Assembly (NCBI GenBank): GCA_013239625.1
Contig: MU055600.1
Span: 12,687,010 to 12,751,009 of the forward strand
Direction: 5' to 3'
DNA length: 64,000 nt
DNA from: Lama guanicoe
Lineage: Eukaryota
Shown: positions 28,373 to 43,886 of the stretch, in pieces
How the letters are laid out: every line of letters begins with the position of its first letter
Position numbering within the stretch: the first letter of the stretch is position 1
The notes under the pieces: generated by a model
The model's database searches: none
Told to the model about the DNA's origin: nothing
Seen by the model: only the letters and a program-made list of their open reading frames with translations
Translations under genes and position numbers: made by a program

Positions 28373-28482
28373 TCCACCCATCCATCTGTCCATCCATCCA
28401 TCCATCCACCATCATCCATCATTTGTCATCCTTTCATCCACCATCTATCCATTCATCCATCATTCATCATCCACCCATCCAT
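28373..28482. repeat. Degenerate (CATC)n simple repeat
   Basis: Runs of tccatccatccatcc / tcatcc. Confidence 0.85.
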
Positions 28483-30118
28483 TTCTCCTCCCTTTCGTCT
28501 CCCTTTCCTTTCCTCCCTCATTCTTCCATCAATTCTTGTACACCTTAGTCCCCAGGCAGACTTTCTGTGTCATACTCACCCAGGTATCATGAAAAATTTG
28601 CAGAGTCCCATGCCCCACCCTTGAAGTATTCTGCTTCTGTAGGTCTAGGGTGGCACTTGGCAATCTAGCTGCTGGTGGTGCCTAGAGCCCCGCCCTAACC
28701 CTGAGTGGGGGCTGGGGCCAGGTGCTGGGGAGAGGGCCTGTGGCCAGTCCCCTTGGGGCCCCACTACCTACAGGTTGGATGGATCACTTCCTGACTGACC
28801 TGATCTGACATTGCGGGCAGATTTCTGACCGACGCTTAGCATCTGCTCCAGCTGTAAGTGTGTGGAGTGAACTTCAGCATGAGTCTGTCCTTCAGCTATG
28901 GGTAGGTGTTGGTGGGCTGAGAAATCTGTGACCGAGAAGGGTACTTTCCTGAAGTCCCAGGGGCACATGGCAAAGATTATCCAAAAGTCCTCATGTGTGG
29001 CTGTGGTGGTATGGAGGGGTCTTGGCTGAGGAGGTGGGCTTGTGGCAGCTGTCAAGGCCTGTTGACAGTGTAGCATGGCCTAGTGTAGCAGGCCATGGGA
29101 GTGGGCCAGGTGGTGCTTTGTCTGGAACTGGATGCCCTGTTGGTGTGGAGGACTAAGAGAGAGAATGTCTCTGTAGGACTGGAGGTGACCTCCCCTGCCG
29201 GGTGCGACATCTGAGTCCATTGAGATGGGTTCCTCTATGTAGACAGGGACCCCTCTTTTTCATCCACAGTGACTGACACATAGGGGGCTGTGATACATTT
29301 TTCCTCAATATTTTTTAAAATTAAGAAACAGATGATGAAGTGACGTGAATTTCCTAAGGTCACTCAGTTGTGCAGTGGCAGAGTAGGTACTAGAATCCAG
29401 TCTCTTGACTGCTGACTCCACCAAGCCTTGGGCCCTAGTGCTGTCCCACTGAGGATGGACTTGGGTCCCACTGAGGAGGGACTTGGGTCCCCTGGTCTCC
29501 TTGGTGCCATGCCCCTTCCCAGGAGACAGTCCAGGAACTGTGTTCAACCTAGCCTCACCTTGGCTTCCTGGGTGTGGGGTTGGATGCTGGCCTGGCTTCC
29601 TGGGTGTGGGGGGCTGGCTGCATTCTGGCCTCTGGTCTGGCCTGGTTCAGACTCTTCCCTCCTTGGATTGGCCTCATCTTCTGGCCCCTTTGAGTATACA
29701 CCGGCCTTTGGCCTTTCTTCCTTGTCCTCCTGGAAGGTGTGTGTAATTGTGACTCCTGTGTGTTCCCTGGAGCTCTGTCTGAGGGTTTCCAGCTGCCCTG
29801 AGGGAGGAGGCAGATTCAGTGGTTAGGCCTGTTGGCCACGGTGAACAGGCCTTGGAGAAGCGGATGGGCAGATGTGGGAGGACAGCGGCAGAGGGTGCTC
29901 AGATACCTCGTTCTCACAGGCGAGCAGGATGACGGGAGAGCGAGGACCTGGTAGCTCTGGTCCCTGAAAGTCACAGGGGTGGCCCAGAGGGGCCCAAGTG
30001 CTGCAGACAAACGTCATTAACTCCACAGCTTGAGGCATAAGGCAGAGGCAGAGCTGGGAGAGAGTGTGTTCAGTAGCCAGGAAATTCCATGCACCAATGT
30101 GTTTATTTTGATAAGTGA

Positions 30119-30349
<231 letters not shown>

Positions 30350-31063
30350 TAGGACTATTTCCGTTTGCCTCCAAGCCCATGTCTCTCCCAGGCGGTGGCC
30401 CCCACCCTCTCCCAGCCAGGATCCTGGTGGAAGGAAGGTCACTGCCAGGGCCAGGCAGGATGCCCCTCCGTTCCTGGCCCCCACACCCAGCCATGCTCAG
30501 ACTTCTGACCTCGACTCTTGTGTGAGCCCCTTCCTGGCTTCAATCTGCTGCTTACAGCCCCCTCCACGTAGTGTGGAACTTAGCTGGACGTGCCTCAGCC
30601 TGCACATTTGTATAATGAGGAAAATAACAGTACTTAACCATGGAGGGTTGGTACAAACATTAAATAAGATACTATTTGTAAAATACTTAGGACCTTGACT
30701 GGCAAATACACTTGTACCTTAAATAAATAAAAACACCACTGATGGAGCACCTAGGATGTGCCTTATATGACTCCGAGCATGTTAGCAGTATCATCTTATT
30801 TAATTCTCACAAAAAACATCTTCCCTGTACAGATGAAGAATCTGGCTCGGAGGCACTAAGAAACGTGGTCAAGATCACACAGTAGCGAGACGACAGTGAC
30901 CCCGAACCCAAGCTCTTGCTTGTACCATACTGCTTCAGGCAGAGCAGATTTTCCCCTTTGAGATTTTCCCCTGCCAGGAACTTAGCTGGATGTTTTATTC
31001 CTCTAGTTTCTGCAAACAGCGCCACCCCCCACATTCAGTGTCCTACAGGAACAAACATTTATT

Positions 31064-31632
31064 TTTCTTTCTTTCCCCAGCTTTACTAAGATATAATTGA
31101 TGTGTAAGTTTAAGGTGTATAAGTGATGATTTGCTATATATTGTGAAATGATTACAATAAGGTTATTCACCTTAAGGTCTTTTGCCTCACAGAATTACCA
31201 TTTTGTGTGTGTGTGGTGAGAACATTTTAGATCTGCTCTCTTAGCAACTTTTCAGTACACAAGTATTTGTTAACTGTAGTCACCCTGATGTACATTAGAT
31301 CCCCCAAATTTCATCTTATAACCAGACGTTTGTTATACCAAATGTACCAATAATCTCCCCATTTCCCCTACTCCTCCAGCTCCTGGCAACTACCAATCTA
31401 CTCTGTTTCTATGAATTCAGCTTTTTTAGATTTCCTGTGTAAGTGAGAGCATACAGTATTTGTCTATCTCTGACTTACTTAGTGTAATGCCCTTAAGGTT
31501 CATCCATGTTGCAAATGGCAGGATTTCCTTCTTTTTCATGGCTGAGTAGTATTCCATTGTGTAACATACCACATCCTCTTTATCCAGTCATCTGTTGTTG
31601 GACACTTAGGTTGCTTCCATGAATTGGCTATA
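31064..31632 (-). mobile_element. L1MA-type 3' end inserted in an MLT1-like LTR (~30990-31980)
   Basis: Antisense L1 3'UTR ('tttactaagatataattga...gctgagtagtattccattgt...ggacacttaggttgcttccat'); MLT1-like sequence on both sides. Confidence 0.75.
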
Positions 31633-33439
31633 AGCAATTTATTCTCCTTGCTCAAGGGTCTGCAGGTGGGCTGGGGCTGCTCCACTTTAGGCTGTGGATC
31701 TGACTTAGAGCTGTTCCATGTGTCTCCTGTTCCTGGACCAGCAGCTTCCCAGAGCATGCCTTTTTCATGGCAGATACAGAGGCACAAGAGGGACTAGTGG
31801 GAAAAGAGCCATGCCACTTAAGGCGTTAACTTGGAGCTGGCCACTGTGGCTCCACACACATTCCACTGGCCAAAGCAAGTCATTTCACCGAGCCCATTGT
31901 CAGCGTCTCCGGGAAAATTCTCTGCCCATGGTGGATTTTGGCAAAGGTAGAGGAGGGGAGAAGAATTGCAAGTAACTGATTTCTCCCAATTTGCATGTAA
32001 AAAAAAACTCTGAAGCTTAGAGAAATGATGTAACTTACCTAAGACTTGACAGCCGTTCGGTAGATGAGCTGGGCCTGTCTGAGTTCAAGGCCCATGTCCT
32101 TCTTCTGGCCCCACTCCAGCCCACCTTTGCAGACTGGTCTCCTCTGCTGTCTTCCCTCCTCTCCCTCCCCATTCCATGGAGCCCACGCTTAGCTCTGCTC
32201 ATGTCTCTCCCAATTCGTCAGGCTTGAGGACCCTTGCTCCTGCGCCCTCAGCCCTCTGTCCTCATCTCTGTCACTGCAGCCTCAGGGCCAGGCTCCAGGC
32301 CAGACTCCGGCCCACTGGATGGCAGAGACTGTCCCAGTCATCTCTGACCCAGGGTTTGACACTCCTGTCGGCATCAGCCATCGTTGGTATAACGGTTAAA
32401 TGATCGTGTGCTGAATGCTTCCTCTTCTGGGAGACACCTGATGTCTGATCACTGTTGATGAGATCTGGACCAAGGGCCTGCACAGAGGAGGCACAGGGAG
32501 GAGGTCTGCAGGGCAGGGTATGCCTGGGCCTTTTGCTCCCTCTGGGGAAAGTGCAAATGCTGCACTCCTGGCTGTAGACTCTGGGCACGGCCAGCTTCTC
32601 TTCTCTGTGAAGTAACCTTCCCCACTCTGTTTCTTTTTTCATATCTTTATTCACCATCAGATTTTTCTACTGTCCATGCCCACCACATCATTTGACACCA
32701 ATTTATTACAACTTGAAGATGCAGCTTTATTGACAAACTGCCATGCACTAAATTTGATCATTCACTGTTTAGAAAGTGTTAGTCCTTAGCTGTTTGTTGC
32801 TGTAGTTTTAAGCCCATTTAGTCTCACAACTTTAGTGAGATTTTTTAAGATGCTATGGCTTTCCTTCTTTAATATTCAATTATACCATCTTGTATCCACT
32901 TTTTAAATTACTGGCCTTTCTTCTCAAAGCCATTGCCACTTGCACATCAGCTACTGTCTGTCTGTCTTTAGGCTCCCCAGTGTGGCACAGGACAAGCGCA
33001 GTGGACATGCTGTGAGTCAGACTGCTTGGTAATCACCGAGATGAGTGATCTCTCCTGAGTCATTATTTTAAAACTGGTGGTCACCTCTGTGCTTCCTTGG
33101 TCACTTGTTAATGGTTTTGTTCCTGCCCCCAAGGTGGGATGCAAGTGTGGCCCTGGGGGCCACTTGTAGGGAGTGGAGGACAGGTGGGGCAGCCTGGTAG
33201 AATCCTCTGGGGGGGGCGTTAGTGGGTGACTTCATCATTTGCACCCCTTTCCAGTGTCCCCTCGGCAGTGATGGGGAGACCCTGACACAGGCAGAGATCC
33301 AGCCGTGTGCACAGGAGCTACATCCTGTCACTCCGCGTTGACACGTTGACTCGTCCACAGCGTCTTCTGTGGAAAACATTAAAAGAAGTCGTTACTGGTG
33401 AACGCCAAGCTCTTAGGCATCTGCACTGCAGCTATCTGA

Positions 33440-33733
<294 letters not shown>

Positions 33734-36700
33734 TAGCTCAGACCATGGCAGGCAGTTCTCTTCCACATTCCGTCTTACAGTGAACGCCTTCCTCACACCT
33801 CAACCACCACCTTTCTCCTTTCCTTGTATTTAATATAAATGGGGAACTTTAAATGAATTTAGTATTTGTGTGTCTGCCGTTATAAAGACATTACTCTCTA
33901 AGAAAGCCCAAGTCAGTCTTAAATGTGTGAAGTGCCAAACACTGAGGCAGTTAATAAAGCCATTTGATTGTGATGATGAACCCTTACCCCTGCCCCCGTC
34001 ACAGCATTATAGATCTACTTGGAACCTGACAGAGTTAGTCCTTCTTCCTTCTTTTGTGATGTGATAAATCCAGCCCCAGAGAAGTTAAGTAACTTACTCA
34101 AGGTCACACAGGAAATAAGGAGCAGAGCTGAAAGTGTAGCCTTCATCTGTGTTGCAGATAACGGGGGAGTTACTGTGCAAGCTAAGGGAGTGTGCATTTT
34201 GTCCCGCGTGTGAGGGAGGATTTTAAGTCGGGGAACAATGCAGTCAGCACTGGGAAGGACGGGCTTGAAGGGAGGGGTCAGTGCCATGAGCTGGGACACC
34301 AGTGAGGAGGCTTTTGCAGGGCCAGCAAAGGCATGAAGATGGCCTGGAAGGAGGCCCAGCATGGGATGTTGACAGGAGGGACGAACTTCAGAGAATCTGA
34401 GTGGCTGGAATGGGTAGGACTCGGCACGAGTTGGGAGCGGGGGTGAATGGGGTGTAAAGTCCAAGAGGACATCCTGATTCCTATTTTTGGCACAGTGCTG
34501 GTGTTATCAAATCAGAGAGGGACAACAGGAGAAATTCAGTTTCACAGACATTTGGCAAAGCAGACTGTGGGGTCACAAGTCCTGCTTTCTGCCTCCAGGA
34601 GCTCACTGTCTCACATGGCAGGGAGATGGCACTGTCCGAGGTGCAGGGACGGAGACTCACACCAGGCAGAGTACACTGAGGAAGAAATGACTCTGGGAGC
34701 ACTCAGAGGAGGCCTCAGCGAGATGGTGACACTGCCTTAGCCTTTTTTAAAGATGGCAGTATCAGTGAATGATAAACGTTTTCCAGATAGACTAGGCAGT
34801 GGAGGGCATTCCAAGGAGAGGGGACAGCACAGGCTTAGAGATGAGAAACAGCATGTGTCTCCCCACTGCCAGCCTGGGGTGCGGGTTTGCAGGGATGATG
34901 CTGAGTTCATCTGGGGACATGTGGAGTTTCAGGTGGGACTGAAAGGGACATCCTGGCAGGTGTCCTAGCTGGCAGGGCTTTCCAGGTGTTGAGCTCAGGG
35001 GAGAGAGATGTGGGGACTAACCAGATACAGTTGGTATCTGATGTTCTGAGAGGAGAGGGCAGAGAGAAGAAGGCCAAGGGGGGATCTTTGGAGACCTTGG
35101 CCAGAAGGTAAGGAGGCTCTGAAGTGGACTGTGAGGGGGCAGGCAGTTAGAAGGAAAACCCGGAATGTGCAGGGCCACCAAGTCCAGAGTGGGGAGGTTT
35201 TAGGAAGCAGCTGCCGAGAAGGCCTGGAGGTTGCTGAGCTGGTGGGTGGTGAGCAGTGGGGCAGACAGGGTGTGAGGAGGGGGACTGGTGTGTAACTGTG
35301 GGAAGGTCTGTAGGACCAGGCTCTGGGGACCCGACTGTCAGAGAAGAGGTGGAGCTTGGTCTTGCAGGCTGCCACCAGCTTTGAGAGGTTTCTGAGCAGA
35401 AGAATGACATGTCAGGGCCAGGACAGGAGTGTGGTGAGTTGAAGAAGAGGAGGGAGGTAGGAAGAACATTTCCCAGTGGTCCAGTGAGGGGCACGGAGGG
35501 CTTGAACTAGGCTGTGACGAAGAGGGAGGGTGGCCTGGGCTGACGTTATAGAGAAAAAGTTGATAGGACTTGTCAACAGACTGCAAAAGAGAATGGAGTG
35601 AACAACAGCCTTGTGGTTTTGACCTGGGTAAGTTGAGCGGTGTCACCATGAAAATGGAGAGGCCAGGTGGGGCTCGGTTGAGGGGAGAAGCAGATGAGTT
35701 AAAGGAGGTGAGGGGCATCTAGTTGAAGATGTACCTCAAGCCATCAGGAGCGGCCAGCACTGGCTTCAAAAGCCAAGTGTGTAGGCATGAATGATTAAAG
35801 CCATGAACTTGGATGATCTTATCCAATCAAAGCATGTCTGAGAGAAAAGATGTGGGCCAGGCATCAGTACTGAAGTACGACCCCTGTATTGTTTCCCTCT
35901 CCTCTGTGATTTGCACTTGATTTGATTTATGAGGCAAGATGACAGAGCAGTCCTTGCCCCAGGGGAGCACGAAGCTTCAGAGAATCCCCTGCTTGGCTGG
36001 TTGATTGACAGGCTGGTTGATCTGTTCCTTGTTGTAGAAAGGACTTAAGGCATCTTAGGAAGACATCTGAAACAAGGCAGGAGAGCACGAATGTGGGAGA
36101 AAGAGGACAGGAAAGTGAGGTGGAGCCAGACTGACACTAAAAACCCAGGCAAATTTGATAGTGATTTTCTAGTAGCCACCTGGGAATGTAAACACCTGGA
36201 AAACGGAAATGTAGTTCATCATATAATCTGTGTTTATAAAATTAAAAATTTCTCAGAAGTGTAGCTCTTCTTGGTAGTACAGTTTCTGCTCGGTATTATC
36301 TGTGTGACCTTAGACAGGTCAGGTAACTTCTTAGAACCTCTGTTTCCTCATCTGTGAAATGGAGTCAGTTGTGACCCTCCCATAGTGTTGCCGGAAGGCT
36401 GCATGAGGGGTTGTGCTGGGGCAGGGGAAGAGGTACGGCTGGGATGGGGAAGTAGGACCTTTCTTACACTCATCCCAGTGAGCCACGGGGTCAGCATGAA
36501 TTTTGAAGGTCGGCCAGTGGCTCTGATCAGCAGGGTCTGCCTGACCACCTACTCTGGCCAGAGCCAGACACCTTTAGTCACAGATCTGCCTTGGCCTCGG
36601 TGAGACAGCCAGGATTGCCTGTAATGCCTTCTGTTTTGCATTGCTGTACACACCTGTGTTGACCTAGCCCAGGCCAGGCATTCTCTAATCCCACCCCGAG

Positions 36701-36900
36701 GCAGATCCTAGTTTTGGCAGCTCCAGTATTTTCATTGTTCCTACCAATTTTGTCATTGTGAAGGATTAAGAATAGTTTTATTTTAGCAGACGAACATGTG
36801 AGTTCTGCTGTTTTATTTCACTTGCAATACAGGTCTGGTGTTCTGTGTTGAAATGTTTGAGTCATATTTAAAGTGGACTTCTTTTTAATGCTTTCCTTAG

Positions 36901-37005
<105 letters not shown>

Positions 37006-38755
37006 TAAGTCATTTTGCCTGGTGGGTGTCCCTTTGTCCCTTTGGCAATCGAGAGGCGGGTGTGTAAGGAAAATGGATGTATAGAGGCAAATACGCAGAC
37101 AGGTAGACATGGACAAGAGAATAAGCTGTATGGAGACAAGTTGGACATGGCTCTGTCTTCCATGCATCACTGCCTTTGACATGTCCGTTTGAATTTCTCC
37201 TCTGCTATGATGGACAACTCAGGCAGACCCCTTAACTTTCTGATTATGTTCTCTTATAAAAGCAGCCTGTCTCATTTTTAGAAATTAAAGCCCAGCACAT
37301 TATCATTCAAAACTTCAATCTCCTTTCAGTTTAAAGCTCCCTCTTTCTCCCCAGTTCGGGCATAGCCCTGAGGCTGAGTGGCATGCACTGAGGATGGGGT
37401 ACATCAGCCATCCTTTCACTCAGCTCATGCTGCAGCTGCTCCCCTGGGAACACTTGTGTATGGACGTGGGGTTAAAGGAAGGGCAGAGTCTTACAAGACA
37501 ATTGCTTTTCCTAGGTACTGGTAGCCTCTGTTATGATATGCTGGCCCTGTCTTGTGGGTCACATGTGTGGGTCTCTGGAGACCCCTACCACAGGAACCTC
37601 TGCATTGCAGTGATCCCTGAAGTGAGCAGTGCTCTCAGGCTGAGATCGTGTGACTCCCCTGCCCGTGGTGGTACATGGCACGGTGGTGGGCCCCTGTGAC
37701 CCAGAAGGCATACCCTTTGGGGTGGGATGCTTTAAAGACGGCTCAAGCTCAGCTACCTTCCCAGGCCTCCCCTTGGCTCCATGTTAAGAGAAAGTCATGC
37801 ATTCCTGCCCTGCACAAGGTTGAAATTCAGCTATCCTGTGCCCCTCCCCTGCCCCCAGTCACACACTCGAGGACAGTTCCAGCTAATTTCTGGGCTTCTC
37901 TATGACACCAGTGCATGTCTTAGTGAATGTTCCCAAGCTTCAGGGGACACATAAGGCATTCCCGAGAATGCTTGGGCTTGGCTTGCTGCCAGGACTGGGC
38001 CAGCATTTCTCTGGTTCAGTTAGCATCCAGCTGGGAGGAAGATTCTGGTCTGTCCTCCTGCTGACAATCCCGGTTGCTGTGAACGAGCCTCTTGGGACCT
38101 GCTGCATTTGGTTTGGGGGGTAGGGCAGGGTAGGAAGCACACAGTATTCTCTACTTCTGTTTCTCTTCTGAGAATCTCTTTTTGAGTTTCTCATAGCCCC
38201 TTAGGGATGTGGGGTGTCAGGGTTGGAAGAACTTGTCAACATTACCTATTAAGACTAGGGGGGTGTGTCTAGCAGCTCTTCCAGAAGGTGAGGTATAGGT
38301 CCCTTATTCTAATTATCTTTGGGGCTTTGGCTAAAATTCTGTGGCCCCAGGGAAAGCCCACTTAACATCCTACTACTCATACTTACAGTGATTTAAAATA
38401 TGGATCCAATTTCCTTTCTTCTTTGAACCTTCTTTTTTCTTTCATGCTGAGTTTCACACATGATAGTGAAATGCAGGACTCCTCTGACAGCGATGCCCAT
38501 GTTGTGGTTTAACAGATCAGCGTAGCAAGTGTAATTTCCTATTCAAAAGGACACAAAAAGGGTTCTATAGCATATCACGTATGGAGACGAAGCTTGAACA
38601 CCAGGGTTCCTTGTATTTGACTCATTACTTTCAATTCAGTATGTTTTCATTTACTAGGTGGATTTACACGTATTTTACTAGTTAGAACAAAGATAATATT
38701 GTGAAGCATCTTACACTAATAGTATTCTTTTTAAATTTAATTTTTTTACTAATAG

Positions 38756-39043
<288 letters not shown>

Positions 39044-39489
39044 TAAGAAATGCTCTGGAGCAATTTTCAGAAGTGTACATTGAACAATTAGACTATCTAA
39101 TATCAGTGATTCCTGACTTTTAGAAGGATCTAGTGGGGTAAGTATTGTAGGTTTGTGGCTACATTCAGTGTGCAAATATTTCTTACAACTCTGTATGTGT
39201 ATAACTCTTGACACACTATGGGAACTCAATAAATGTACTTGAAAATTAAAATCCTAGAAAGTTAATGTGAAGGAGGTTATTTATGCATGCAAGAAATCAG
39301 GGTATTTTATTAAGTCTTACTTTTAAAGTACCGCAGATAGGGTATACCTGTTAATAGATGCCTAATAATTTTAAACTGACCTACGTTTTTGGTCTTATTA
39401 AAAATAGTCTGACCCATATCAAAATTTTAGATGACTTGAGATGGGGAGGTATCCTAAATGTTACTTGTGTTTGGATATATTTTTGATAA

Positions 39490-39660
<171 letters not shown>

Positions 39661-41410
39661 TAAATGTAAACTGTTCTCAAATTCACAGGGCTCACTCACA
39701 CCCACTGGCTACTGAATTGAACCATGCCTCCAGGGATTGGAGCATCTGGGGCATTCAGTGTGACTGTGTTGATTCTGCAGCGCTGGTTCACACCTTAGTT
39801 ATGGTGGCCACAGTGGTCTGTTTCTGTGTGAACAGATCTGCTTGGATTGGCCAGGCCATACTTTTTGGAACTTCTTGTGTCAGAGGTTACACTGGCTCTT
39901 CCCATCAGATTCCACATTAGTGTGTGGAGTGAGGCTTGTGTGGGGCTATGAATGGCTTGGAGTTTGGAACACTTGGGCACCTCTTTCAGAAATATCAATG
40001 TGTCACTGCACCAGAGGGAGGCTGGAGAGATACTGCTGTTTCAGGTAACGCACACAGCCACAGGGTCTGATTACCAAGAGATCCAGGCACAGGGAGACTG
40101 GCTACAGAACATCTTCTGAGATACCTCCCTTCCACTCACAGCCAAGGTGGTCAAGGTGAAACAGTGCTGGCTGGGCAGGTACTCTGTTAAGTCTTCGTTT
40201 CTAAGCTAGTGACATCTTTCTAAGTGTCTCTTCTTTTCATAGGTATTAGATCCTTAAGCAAGATCCTTTAAGCAAAACTGACATATGAAAATGAGTTACT
40301 AGAGATAATCAGAACACAATTATTCGTTTTATAAAAAGACTTACAATAGAATTCATTAAAATACATTTTAATTTACAAACACTTCATCTGTAAACATTTA
40401 GACACGTGCTATGTAAACTCAGGTTGGCACATTGACATCTGGTACTCCCTTACATCCTTTTGAGGAATGAGGTGGTTGTTAAAAAATAAGCAAACAGTCA
40501 CCATAGCCTTGGTCCTCGCTCTACTGATTTTGATGGCTCCATGTCAGTGTGTCAATACTGTTCATGTTGTAAGACACACAGAGCTGTTTATCATTATTAT
40601 TTTTTTAATGTTAAAACACAGTGATGGCTGGGGAGAAATAGGCATTGTCATACAGTGCGGATAGGAACATATATTCAGAATTGCTCTGCAAAGCCATTTG
40701 GCAATGTTATCAACCTTAACAAATTTAACTCTTTAACCTAATAATTCCACTTCTAGGGCCCTGTCCTAAGAAAATCATCGGAGATGCTGTCAAAGACTTA
40801 TGTATAAAGTTGCTCATCATCACATCAAGTATAACAGTGAGGAAGCCGAAATGTCCAGCAATGGAAGATACAGCACTTCCATATGATACTAAGTTTTAGG
40901 AGAATTTTTAATAACACGGGAAAGTACTTATAACAGTAGATACTGGGTGCCAGAAGAACAAATGCAAAATTGTTCATACATTAAGTCCTAATTTTGTGAA
41001 AAATAAATGTTGATTATACATCATATATACATACATAATAACATATATATTCAACTATATAGCTATATATGACTGGAAAAATGAAATAACTATTAATAGT
41101 GGTATGATGGGTTAATGGCTTTAAAATGAGTGTATTTTACATTTATAATCATAAGAATGCTATTCCCCAAAAAATATGGCCTTAGAGCCAGAAGGGCCTT
41201 CAAGATCACCTGCCCCAATCTCCTCACCTCAGAAATGAGGAAACACTGAAACTTGAGGGGAGAAGTGATTTTCCTAAAGTTACATGACTAGTGGTTTTGA
41301 ATCTTCAAAATTTCCCTACCATCCGTCACCATGGTACTTATGTTTCAGTGCATCCCAGATTCTTCTTTGATACCTTGGGTCTGCTCATTAGTTACCAACT
41401 TTTATTTTAG

Positions 41411-41602
<192 letters not shown>

Positions 41603-43409
41603 TAGAGCCTCGTGGCCTGGACCTGCTTCCTGATGCTCTTTTACCCTCACCTCAAACCTCTCCTCCCAAAGGGGTGGTCCCTTCTGGGCCGCTTCATACC
41701 GCCCTCTTCAGGTCCTTAGACCAAGCTCTACCCAGAATTATCTTTATTTTAAGGCACCTAAAAAATCAGCTATTAGAGTCTCATTTTTTTTTTTGGTTCC
41801 TTTGATGTTTCTGATTGAAATTTAAATAAATCTTTGGTAAGAGTGATAGCTTAAGAGTCCAGTCAAACTATGGCATAGAGCATCCAGGTGTTCTCAGGAG
41901 TAGGGAGATGGGATTGAGGAAAGGCTACCAGAGTAAGGTGTTAGACTCCTGGCCAACTACTAGCTGTGTGGCCTTGCAAAAATCACCTAACCTCTTTGAT
42001 CCTCAGTTTCTTCCTCTGTACAATAATAGTGCCTACCTTACAGTATTGTTTGAAGATTAAGTAAGATAAGGTGCATCAAACACTTGCAGAGGGCCTTACA
42101 CATAGTAAGTGCTCAATAAATGATTGCTCTTATGATCTTTATTGATCGAGAATCCTTCATAATGCCTGTTTCATGACTCATTCTCAGTAGCACTAAATTT
42201 GAGCAGCTAGAATTACGTGGTTAATTATATTTGGCTTCAATGACAATTACTAACTGTTCTAAGGCTGCTGGCATTGCACAGTAGTTGGAGGGCAGAGTGG
42301 AAAGTGTAAGCTGATGTAGCTGATTCATTATTTTGGGGTCCTTCAGCTATAAGGGACCTGTGTAGCAGGCCGAGGCAGGGCGAGAAGCTGTCTGAAGAGC
42401 TGTCTCTGTGGACTGTCAGTAACCTCCTGGAGCAGAGTTGGCCAATAGGCGTGGCACAGAGAAGGGAGGTAAAGGAGAAAGCAGGGCCATAGGCTTTGCT
42501 CAGACCACAGAGCACTGAAACTGTTTTTCGGTTAGTATGGTGTAATGCCCAGAGTTAAAAGAACAAAACCCAGCAACAATGAAAATGAGCCCCAACTGTA
42601 TTCCCACATAGCCATCTCCACTGCCCCGTGCACGTGAGAAAAATGCATGCATGAGTGAGCGTGCACACTTGGTAGGTGGGACTTTTAGGTTGGGGCCCAT
42701 TTTTTACCAACTCTGCCCCTGACATGGGTTCATATATGCTATTTAGGTGGGACAACATTTAAGGACATGAGGAATGGTATCTGAGGGAGGTGACTCAGAG
42801 GGGACCCACTGATGTGCCAAGGAGACACTCTGTTATGTGGCCTAGAGTCTACGCTGCCATGACTAAATCTGCTCTTCTCTCTTTCAAAGTGGACACAGGA
42901 AGTGGCTTCAGACAAGAGGACCCAACCCCACTTTCAGATCGTTAGCCTTTACTACCCCAAAGGCCATATACTCTGTGAGGCCCTGGAGAGAAGAGGGTGC
43001 TATTTTTGAGTCTTGCAAAGCATAGTAAGATGAATTTGGTATAGAAACGTACTTTTCTTCCTGCAGGGACTAGTTGGCTAGTTATTCCCAGGAAAAGTGA
43101 AACTGGTAATCTAAAGCAAGCTGTGCTTTGGTTAGCCAGACCTAGACGGTGAAACCGAGTGCTCAGCAGGTACCCAAGAATAGAGCGTTGGTTTGCATTT
43201 CCTGCTCCACTCTTAACCTCTGCTTAATCTCTTTAGAGTAAATCTGTAGAATATTTAATTTTCTTTCTCTTTTACTGATGAGCTTCTAAAATAGTTTTTG
43301 GTAAATAGCAAAGCAGCTTGTGACTAAACCTGGCACATTGAGCCTTATCAGCAAACGTAAGAACCAGATGTGACTGTTATCTTTATAATGAATTCATTTT
43401 TGTTCTTAG

Positions 43410-43508
<99 letters not shown>

Positions 43509-43637
43509 TAGTTATGAAGCCTAAGATCCTTCTAAAATTAATTTTCTCTTTTTTTAGGAATGGGAAAATGTGATACCATAAAGGAAACAGGAGTTAATAT
43601 TTTAAAAAGTGAAAATGTTAATTGAGGAAGACGTTGA

Positions 43638-43886
<249 letters not shown>

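Noticed and set aside
33101..33379. 92-aa minus-strand ORF (MFSTEDAVDES...)
   Set aside because: Its ATG lies inside the pyrimidine tract of the candidate acceptor and it is out of frame with an HDGFL3 splice; no domain.
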